Positions 54,240-64,000 of a DNA stretch of 64,000 bases are shown piece after piece. Location: the NCBI GenBank assembly GCA_951406725.2, contig OX597831.1, positions 7,378,001 to 7,442,000 on the forward strand. Reading direction: 5' to 3'. The position numbers and the translations under genes were made by a program. The DNA comes from Octopus vulgaris (taxonomy: Eukaryota). The first letter of the stretch is position 1, and the number at the start of each line of letters is the position of its first letter. The notes beneath the pieces are model-generated. The model searched no databases. It was not told the DNA's origin and was given only the letters and a program-made list of their open reading frames with translations.

Positions 54240-54510
54240 GAAAAATTCATCTACGAAGCAATAGTCCTAGCTCCCCTTCAGGGTTGGCGAAAGCGATGTG
54301 GTGGACAACGAAAAACCTGGCTGATGACAGTCAAGGCTGATCTGGAACCAACATATCTACGGCGTTCGCCGCTGGAATAAGGAGTGGTTGGAGATCACGC
54401 GGTCGTTAGCCTCAAATCGCCAGGCTTGGTCGGCGTTTGTGAGAGATGCAGCATTGAGAATGAATGAAGCCAGCTCAACCCACCCCGGGTGAATGCTGTC
54501 AAGTCAAGTC
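54240..54510 (+). mobile_element. 5'-truncated RTE-clade LINE insertion
   Basis: Peptide GWRKRCGGQRKTWLMTVKADLE...YGVRRWNKEWL...STHPG*, a (caagt)n tail, and TSD atccttaa at 54232-54239 and 54511-54518. Confidence 0.88.
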
Positions 54511-56198
54511 ATCCTTAAATTATCCAGTTTATTTAGAATATTGTACAACATTAACTATTTTTGTTTCTAATTATTTAAATAAAGTTCACGAATCTGCTAG
54601 AAATGTGTTTACATGTCTTTGTTAATTTTTAAAAAAATATTCTTTTTAAAATATAAACAGATCAGTGTTTAATTTAATGTAAATTATTGTGACAAACACC
54701 TCTTCTTAATTCTTTAATTCCATGTGGAGCACCAAAAGCCACCGAGGGATCTCCAACTGTCTCAGTCTTTGACAATGGATCGCAGTTGTCCCCAATTGAA
54801 TCTGCTTGCCAGTGCTTCAGTTTCTGTGGATTTTGTCCATGTTGTTTGTGATCTTCTGCGCTTGTGTCTCCTTTAAGGCGGCCATTGGAGAGCCTGCCCT
54901 GTAACACAAATTTTGGTCCAGGGTCAGTAATTTCGGGGGTGGGGATAAGTCGGTTACATCAACCCCAGTGCTCAACTGGTACTTATTTTATCGACTCCGG
55001 AAGGATAGCAAGCAAAATCGCCCTTAGCAGAATTTGAACTCAGAACGTGAGGACGGACGAAATGCCGCTAAGCCTTTTACCCGGTTTGCTAGAGGTTCTG
55101 CTAGGTTGCCGCCTCGCTTGCCTTGTAATATTGGAAACAGATTTCCGTCGGGTGTGTCCTAGACAACTGTATTTCTTCTTCTTGATCTGGGGATATCGTT
55201 GGGCTGCTGGATCACCGTCACATTCTGCAGCGTAATTTTGAAGTAAACAAGATTGGTGGAATGGTTGGAGGATTTTTGAGTAATAGTTTTTGTCATAGAA
55301 TTCACGAAACTCTGCGAAGTCTGCAGCTTTTAGTTTCTTTTGGTATTAGAGTAATCCTATGGATTGTTTCATTTCGCTTCGGTATGTGTCCACCTCCATA
55401 TATTGCATTACGCAAGCCTGTTTATTAGATCTAGATTGTGCTTATCCAATGCATTGTTTTTGCTATTTCGTCTTCTCCAGTTGCCTTTCCATCCTCCATT
55501 GACTTTATTGGCTTTTCCCGCTTCTTTTCACACTTTGCTCCCATTCACGGCTACGATATTGGCCATAGATGCTCTACTCTCATCATACTTCTTTCATATA
55601 TTCGTCCCTTCTACCAACAATCCGCTCACCATCAAATACCGCGTTCCGTTTTGTCTTCAACCTTCTTCAACGTTTCTGCTTCATTCGTTCATGCATCTAT
55701 TGTTCTGATCTCATTTATTGTATCACACATTTCTTTCCTTTAATTGCTTTTTAGTTTTTCTACATTCGGAACGGCTGTCTTTATTTAGACTGTTATATCT
55801 GTCTACTTCATTATTCTTTTACTCTTTCTTCTGTTTTACATATAATTTTATCAATCGCCCCCATTTCCCTTCCTTCCTTTTTCCCTTTCACAAAGTGTTT
55901 TCTTTTGTAATGGTTTTACATACAAATATTAATTGTATTCCGTTTGGCTTCAATTTCTTTCTTATTCCGAGCTTCTTGCATTTCTTCTTCTTCTTTGTGT
56001 AAATATTCACATTTGTTTCGTATTGCTGCGCAGGCGTGGTTGCCTGGTTAAGAAGTTCGCTCAGCAACCACGAGGTTTTGAGTTCAATTCTACTGCACGG
56101 AACCTCGGGCAAGTTTATTAAATTAAATTTCAGGATCGACCAATGCCTTGACAAGGAATTTAGTTGATGGAAACTGTATGAAAGCCCTTCATTATATA

Positions 56199-56410
56199 TA
56201 CGAGGGTGTGGGGCTGAAAAGTTCCTGGCTTTGAGTAAAAGAAGGGATCTGTTAATTATGATTTTATTTAACATATTCCCCTTCTCAGATTCACGCACTT
56301 ATTGCAGCGGTCCTTCAGTTTTTCTAAGCTCTGTAAAACACTCGGAAGGTTGGGCCTCCAACCATGCCTTTCGCGATACTTTAAAGCCAAGAACTTTGCA
56401 ACACCCCGTC

Positions 56411-56414
<4 letters not shown>
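56199..56414 (-). mobile_element. Mariner-derived MITE
   Basis: TIRs (tacgagggtgtggggctgaaaagttcctggcttt / aaagccaagaactttgcaacaccccgtcgtgta). It retains the transposase end [14 protein letters not shown]. Confidence 0.8.
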
Positions 56415-56501
<87 letters not shown>

Positions 56502-56613
56502 TATATATACATACGTGTGTGTGTGTGTGTCTTACAATAAAGGGTAAAAGTCATTAACGATTTTACCAGGTGGCCAGCGCAGAAATAAAAAACCTCATAG
56601 GTAAATTTTACTA

Positions 56614-56821
56614 AATATTTTATAATTATATACATAATTATAACAAGAGATTGACTATATGCCTCACCACGCACTGTAAAAAAAGGACGCTAGCCTAAAA
56701 TGTGGTGTGTCATTCTCGGAGATTTTAAGGTGCTAACAGTGTCTTTTGGCGTCTATTTTTACAGTGCATGGTGAGACATATAGCCAATCCCTTGTTATAA
56801 TTATGTATACAATTATAAAAT

Positions 56822-56824
<3 letters not shown>
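56614..56824. repeat. About 75-bp imperfect inverted repeat with a spacer of about 60 bp
   Basis: Arms at 56614-56690 and 56749-56824. Confidence 0.9.
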
Positions 56825-56859
<35 letters not shown>

Positions 56860-56904
56860 TGTATGTATATTTACATATATTTACATATATATATATATAT
56901 ATAT

Positions 56905-56937
<33 letters not shown>

Positions 56938-57009
56938 TATACATACATACATACATGCATACATACATACATTACACACACATGCATACATATATATATA
57001 TAAAGATAG

Positions 57010-57238
57010 GGCGGCGAGCTGGCAGAATCGTTTGCACACCGGGCGAAATGCTTAGCGGTATTTCGTCTGTCGTTACGTTCTGAGTTCAAATTCCGCCGAG
57101 GTCGACCTCGCCTTTCATCCTCTCGGGGTCGATAAATAAAATACCAGTTTCGCACTGGGTCGATGAAATTGACTTAATCCGTTTGTCTGTCCTTGTTTGT
57201 CCCCTCTATGTTTAGCCCCTTTTGGGTAGTAAAGAAAT
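57010..57238 (+). mobile_element. SINE family A
   Basis: Full match. Flanked by a repeated tatatatataaagata, a probable TSD. Confidence 0.92.
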
Positions 57239-57727
57239 ATATATATAAAGATATTGTATGTGTTTGTGTATCTGTGAGCCTATGTTTTCCCCACCCCAAC
57301 CCCACCTGACAAACACTGGGGATTCGATTTGCTCCAGTAAACCGTCCAAGGCAGTGCCCCAGCTTGGCCAGGGTTCAATGACTGACACAAGTAAAAGGAT
57401 GAAAGAACAGATTTCTTCTTGTTTTCTGTTTGTTTCTACAACATTGAATTCTTGTCGTCTTTCATATTTTTTCATTTCCCTTTGGCTCGTAATTTCTTTT
57501 CCATTGTCTTTTTGGTTGCAATTGATATCTGTTCCAGCCTAAATATTTTGTAAAAGCTTCACGCAGTTTTCGATCCAGTAAATCGTTTATTTCCTTACTT
57601 ATGTCAACTGGACTCTTCTCCATTCATAAACGTTGTCGGTGATTGGTGGACTCGGCTACTGATAAATACCAAATACTTTCTGGTACACGCAACCAGACAC
57701 TGATTAGAATATCATACTTAATGTATC

Positions 57728-58120
57728 TACGCCGCTAATAAACCAGTCCATGCAGGATTCGTCCTCAGATTATCCCTTTTATGGATGTGCTGTGTTAAAA
57801 ACACCATAAATATCGGAAGGGGCGAAAAATCATCCCAGCAGTAATTAACGAGAACGTCGGCTGCATTTCAGCATTTTAGAGCCTTTCTAATGGCGTATAC
57901 TTTCCAATGGTGTGTACTTTCGCTTCCGATACAGAAAAAAACCCCGAAAAATATTCACTGATGTTGCGAATAGTCGTCCGGTTGAATAAAAAATCCCGTA
58001 TACGCAAGTGAAGTTGTATTCGGGTATCTTTTTTTCGGCACCAGTGAACTTAACACAACACGGGCGTAAGAGATGTAACCTCAGGACGAATACTGCAGTT
58101 ACTGGTCAATCAACGGTGTA
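57728..58120. mobile_element. Old TA-flanked MITE with about 50-bp imperfect TIRs
   Basis: tacgccgctaataaaccagtccatgcaggattcgtcctcag versus the inverse of ctcaggacgaatactgcagttactggtcaatcaacggtgta. Confidence 0.6.
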
Positions 58121-58135
58121 TATACTTTACCTATG

Positions 58136-58365
58136 AGGCGGCGAGCTGGCAGAAACGTTAGCGCGCCGGGCGAAATGCTTAGCGGTGTTTCGTCTGTCAT
58201 TACGTTCTGAGTTCAAATTCCGCCGAGGTCGACTTTGCCTTTCATCCTCTCGGGGTCGATAAATAAAGTACCAGTTTCGCACTGGGGTCGATGTAATCGA
58301 CTTAATCCGTTTGTCCGTCCTTGTTTGTCCCCTCTATGTTTAACCCCTTGTGGGTAGTAAAGAAA
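58136..58365 (+). mobile_element. SINE family A, full length
   Basis: 18-bp TSD tgtatatactttacctat at 58117-58134 and 58366-58383. Confidence 0.95.
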
Positions 58366-58957
58366 TGTATATACTTTACCTATTTACATTAAATAGCTTC
58401 CTCCGATAAAAGCGGAAGAGTCAGTTACTGCTTCCATTTCTTTCACCGTATTCCATATTGACCTGCCGTACCAACGGGGTTTTCTCTGCCGTTCTTTCCA
58501 TTGAAGTCTTCCATTTTAATTACGGTTTAATTACAGCTTCACTGTATTTTATTCTATGTTGGAGTTATCGGAAGAATTCTGTTTCTTCATCACTTTGTTT
58601 CTGTGCTAGGGTCTTTGTACCCGTATGAGGTTGAAGTGAAAGACTTTTGTTGTACTTTCATCGTTATTATTCAATACCATATTACCCAGTATAAGCACAC
58701 ACATACACACACACCCGTTTGATAAGGGTACACCAGACACATGCATCACAACGATATGTGCGCGACATGGTGACCAAGATAAACACCGCATGATCTTGCA
58801 GGTCGAGCCCAGTTAAAATTTTCTTCAGGTCGAGTAGCCGATCCCACTCAAAAGGTCCCTGAATAAGGGTTGTTTAAGGATGTTGAACGAAACACCAATG
58901 TTTCCAGAAACGAATTATTCAAACCCCAAAGAATTCTTCTCCTCGATCACCTCGACC

Positions 58958-58989
<32 letters not shown>

Positions 58990-58997
58990 CAACAAAG

Positions 58998-59345
58998 TGG
59001 AGGCGGAATGGCTCACTGATTAGAGCAGCGGACTCGCGGTTGTAGGATCGCGGTTTCGATTCCCAGACCGGGCGTTGTGTGTGTCTATTGAGCGAAAACA
59101 CTTAAAGATCCACGAGGCTCCGGCAGGGGGTGGTGGCGACCCCTGTTGTACTCTTTCGCCCCAACTTTCTCTCACTCTTTCTTCCTGTTTCTTGTCCCCG
59201 ACTTCCTACGCAAACCGCTGAGCCTGGATGCGCATTCATCCATCCGTCGATGCTCTCGGTGTCGGGGGTTGACCTGCTTTCTCTTCTGCGGGTCTTACGA
59301 ATAGCAAAGGACCTAGTTTCGGACTTCTCCCAAACGCTCAACAAA
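58998..59345 (+). mobile_element. SINE family D within (CAA)n repeats
   Basis: Reverse-complement match to 9355-9751. Confidence 0.9.
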
Positions 59346-59778
59346 CAAACAAGCCACCACCAACAACAACACCACCAACAACAACAACAAAGAATGCAAA
59401 AGAAATCAAGCGCAAATCCGGTCGCGTCTTCGGATATAAAAGCAGCCTCGGATGACACAGAAGCGCCCGAATGGGTGACTGGTGATCGACCCCCACAAAA
59501 GAAAAAGAGTGCGGGCTGGTGAAAAAAACTCACTTGACCTCGCAGATCCCCAAAACTTGTGAACATCAAGATCAATAATTAAGAAAATGAAACTCCCGCT
59601 CACTTGACCAAAGCGACAGGGCAGCGATTACAACAACTACAACAAGAAACAAATCAACAACATCGTCAACAACAGCGAGAAACACATCGAGATGAGCAGC
59701 AAAATGGATGAAAAAACGACCAAGACGATAACAACTAGATCAGGAGACGGAACATGTATGACAACATTTCACGGACGA

Positions 59779-60277
<499 letters not shown>

Positions 60278-60500
60278 CGGGAAGATTTACGAAAATAAAC
60301 AAAAAACGAAGGCAGGTTTACGAAAATAAACAAAAGACGAAGGCAGGTGGAGTACAAACAAATAATGTATTAGTATGACGCTCAAGAATAGAAATAAAAC
60401 AAGTCTTTTACGTTTCGAGCCTACGCTCTTCGACAGAAAGATACACAGAAAAGAAACAAGGAGAGAAACAAGGAGAGAAAAAAAAATTGCGTGTAGGGGC
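60278..60500 (-). mobile_element. Penelope-like pLTR fragment with a minimal hammerhead-like motif
   Basis: Minus strand 60440-60403 reads ctttCTGTCGAagagcgtaggctcGAAACGTAaaagac. Confidence 0.6.
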
Positions 60501-60871
60501 TATAGATAGATGGCGCTTTTCATTGTAAAGAAAATAACTTATTAAATTTTAACAGAAAAACAAGTATTTACTCATCTTTTAAAAGACGAATTTTTTTTTT
60601 ATTTTTAGAAAATGGTTGCTTTAAGTCTTTGAGGGCGGTGTTGAGAAATATCTATGCGAGTGTATATATACATACATACTGGGATTTGAATACATAAATA
60701 CTGGACGGTATTTCGCCCGTCGCTACGTTCCGAGTTTCAAATCCGTCAAGGTCAACCTTGCCTCTCATCCTTTCGGGATCGATAAAATAAGTACCAGCTA
60801 AACACTGGGGTTAATGTAATCGACTAATCCCCTCCCCTAAAATTGCTGGCGTTGTGACAAAATATGAAACA

Positions 60872-60872
<1 letters not shown>

Positions 60873-60925
<53 letters not shown>

Positions 60926-61184
60926 TTATGCTTGACTTTTGCTTTACATTTGTACAAGTTGGCTCCAAGTCTCACCCAGAGACCTCAAGAGACAATAAGT
61001 TTGAAGTTCATGTTGGAGTTATGCCTAGGGTGCCATATATTTGGCTTTGTACATAGTGTTGTTCTAGAGAATGTTTAAGAAACCATAAGAAAATTATGTT
61101 TGTTTCGAACACTTGAGATTACATAGAAAGTATTTTGCGTAGGATATGGACAGTTCCCATGAGTACTATCTTTTGAAATATTTC
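60873..61184 (-). mobile_element. R4/Dong-like LINE 3' end with a (TAA)n tail or target
   Basis: EIFQKIVLMGTVHILRKILSM* (61184-61119) matches the R4-clade QK-VL-GT-HILRK-L terminus. The 3' UTR ends at the (TAA)n tract. Confidence 0.8.
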
Positions 61185-62036
61185 CTAGATAACACCTTAC
61201 CACCTACATTTTCTTTCAATATGCTAGAAACAGCAACTATATCTCCCTCAAATCGCAGTCTAACCTCTTTAAAAACGGTAACGGTTTACTGGATAATGTA
61301 GTAACTGGACGAGATGGTCGCGGCCGGCATGACTTTCGATTAAGGTTCACCTGGGTCTAAATAACATCAACAACGACGATGTCAATAAGAACGAGAAATA
61401 ATATCAGTAGGAACACCACCAACAACAACAATAACAACAACAACAACAACAACAGAGTAAATAAGAAAATGTACGAATAAAAACGGCAAAAAAGAACAAG
61501 AAAAGAAATAACAACAAAAAGATCAACAACAACAACAACAACGTCAATAAAAACAACAAACAATAATAAAAACCACAACGACAATAAGAAGAAGAACGAT
61601 GTACATACGAACGACGGAAGACATCAACGTTAGTAAGGCCAACAATAACAACAACAACAATGGCACCAGCAAAAACATTGTCAATAAGAAAAAGAGGCAA
61701 AAAATAGGCAACATTTGTGATTTTAAAAGGGAGAAAGATGTCGCTTGGAGAAATTTGAGAGAAAATTAGAGAAACAGCGGTGGAGAAGGGGAGAATTGAA
61801 CTTTTAATCTATGAAAGTAATTTAATTTAGTGAATAAATAAATAAATGGATAAATGACAGTGTGTGTGTGTGTGTGTGTGTGTAAAGTTGTATATAATTT
61901 TAAAAAAAACAACAATCAAAGAACAAGAAAACAATTGTTGCAAACAACCAAACTGATCAACCAATCAATAATAAGCAAATAGACAAACAGAAGAGGCGTT
62001 GAATCTTCGCCGCAGCGCCTGTGTAGTGTCTGACGA

Positions 62037-62099
62037 CACGTGTGACGTCATTTGATGATTGACATACGGATATGAGAGAGGGTGGAGCAAGATATAAAA
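62037..62099 (+). promoter_or_regulatory. Candidate promoter motifs: E-box, CRE and TATA-like box
   Basis: CACGTG at 62037-62042 abuts TGACGTCA at 62043-62050. TATAAAA at 62093-62099. The cluster lies about 400 bp upstream of the ATG at 62480. Confidence 0.45.
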
Positions 62100-62479
62100 A
62101 AAAAAATGGAGAATCCCGTAGACAATATGGGAGAAAGAAAGGAAAAATAAAAGAAAGAGAGAGAGAAAATGATAAAAATAAAGGGAGACAGAAAAATAAA
62201 AGCGGAGGTGGAGTAATTTCTTTCTCCGCCTACGTTTTTCAATCTGCTTTGATATATAGGCAACACTTTTATTCTTCCCTAAGATAGTTCCAAGGAACAT
62301 TGCTGTGTGAAGGAGACAGCATATATAACAAGAGCAATACTTGTAATAATAACAATAATAATAATAACTACTTGTAATAATAATAATAATAACAACAACA
62401 GTAATAATAATAAATTTCTGTATAGTACTTAAAATATATTTCTCCCCACTCAAAGTTACATCTTTCAAGAAAGAAAACA

Positions 62480-62584
62480 ATGGCACCCGGGTCGCGAGCT
62501 GTTTGCCTGCTCGGTGTTTGTTACATTATTTTCATGTCCATGATAAGCCTCATAGCCAGTCAACCACAGTACGACCTAGACAAG
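62480..62584 (+). CDS. Probable first coding exon of an unidentified secreted or membrane protein: MAPGSRAVCLLGVCYIIFMSMISLIASQPQYDLDK
   Basis: Strong start context (aacaATGG), a signal-peptide-like hydrophobic core, and a donor AAG|gtaggt at 62585 in non-repetitive sequence. Confidence 0.6.
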
Positions 62585-62810
62585 GTAGGTAAAAAAATAC
62601 CTTTACTATTTTCCACGATTTCAATGAAAGAATCTTTTTTGCAATCCCACGGTTTCTTTGCTGCTCGCGTCAAATCACATTTTCTTTCTTTTTTCTTTTT
62701 TTTTTTTTTTTGTTACGTTTTAATTAGGGTGGGAGGAAAAGACAGGGCACACCTTCCCCCGTGACCCCTTTTTCCAGGGCCTCCGAGACTTGTGAGAGGG
62801 AGGAGAATAT

Positions 62811-63042
62811 CTATTTCTTTACTACCTACAACGAGCTAAACACAGAGGGGACAAACAAGAACAGACAAATGGATTAAGTCGATTACATCGACCCCAGTGC
62901 GTAACTGGTACTTAATTTATCGACCCCGAAAGGATGAAAGGCAAAGTCGACCTCGGTGGAATTTGAACTCAGAACGTAACGGCAGACGAAATACGGTTAC
63001 GCATTTCGCCCGGCATGCTAACGATTCTGCCAGCTCGCCGCC
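62811..63042 (-). mobile_element. SINE family A
   Basis: Full match to the family consensus. Confidence 0.92.
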
Positions 63043-64000
63043 AAGGCAGGAGATTATCTTTAAACTGGAGACTGGGTCCCTATTGCCTGTACCAGAGACT
63101 GAACTCCGCTTCAGTCATACAAGGACCAAATGGTGGTGGTGGTGGTAATAAACCGTACAGCGGATTAAGTCTCCCACTGAAGTAAGAACTCTTCCACTAT
63201 TCTTGGACCGGTATTTATTTTATCGACTCCCAAAAAGATGAAAGGCAAAGTTGGCCACGGTGGAATTTGAACTCAAAGCAGAGACAGATAGAATAAGTAC
63301 CGCACGGCACTTTTGTCCTGCGCTCAAACGACGATCCTCCATCAAGTGGTTGGTGAGGAGAAATGGGACTCTCTTTAAAGTCCAATCATTTCTGAGACAG
63401 CACTTCGATGAAGAGGTCAAATGACCACCCATTAAGAGAGGAGTGTCCAGTCTTTTGATCGCCAAACTTTTGCCTGATTGGTTTGTTGAATTTTACGTTT
63501 TTTTCCTAAAAAAACTATTTTCTCATTAAAATAAAATTCAATCGTTTAAAAAAACAAAAGCTTATTTTCATTGCCTCTATTTTCATTTACGCTGTAAATT
63601 TAAACGATAAATTTCTGTAACTTAACGATGAAATGTCCGACAACGAAACATCCGGCTACGAAGATCCAGGACTACTAAATTGGACCGACGTCCGTCTGTC
63701 TTACACTTCTGGCAGCACCGTTCCACTCGCACTATTTTCTATATCATCATTGATTTCTAAATAATTAATCCGCTCTTATTAATGCAAACTTTGATTAGTT
63801 TGTCTCAGACGTCTTCTTTCCTTTTCTTGTCGGCTTTGGACTGGCGCTTGTTGCTGAAAGTCTCTTTACTTTTAACATCTGTGCATGTGCGCACTTACAT
63901 ACATCCACCCATACATACATACATACATACATACATGCACACATACATACACACGCATACATAGATACATACATACATACATACATACATACCCACACGC

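Overview
This is repeat-dense, AT-rich eukaryotic (animal) genomic DNA. The tRNA-derived SINE families and heavy microsatellite load suggest an octopus-like cephalopod; that assignment is inferred, not proven. The only confidently identified gene is the 3' end of CFAP58/CCDC147 on the + strand: four exons at 2714-2825, 3831-4055, 7268-7401 and 10284-10404, one intron with a probable GC donor. A probable first coding exon of an unidentified secreted protein lies at 62480-62584, downstream of abutting E-box/CRE motifs. The rest is intergenic or intronic: SINEs, RTE, R4/Dong and Penelope-like retroelement remnants, Tc1/mariner, Chapaev3-like and Helitron relics, MITEs and micro/minisatellites. 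Most listed ORFs are microsatellite or repeat artefacts. The most notable observations are several minimal, mostly degenerate hammerhead-ribozyme motifs in microsatellite-embedded elements, SINE concatemers sharing one junction, a 54-bp in-frame expansion in a transposase C-terminus, a locally templated insertion inside a SINE, and a dimeric 393-bp satellite. I cannot support a wholly new biological system from sequence alone. Homology calls are from recalled motifs, not database searches.
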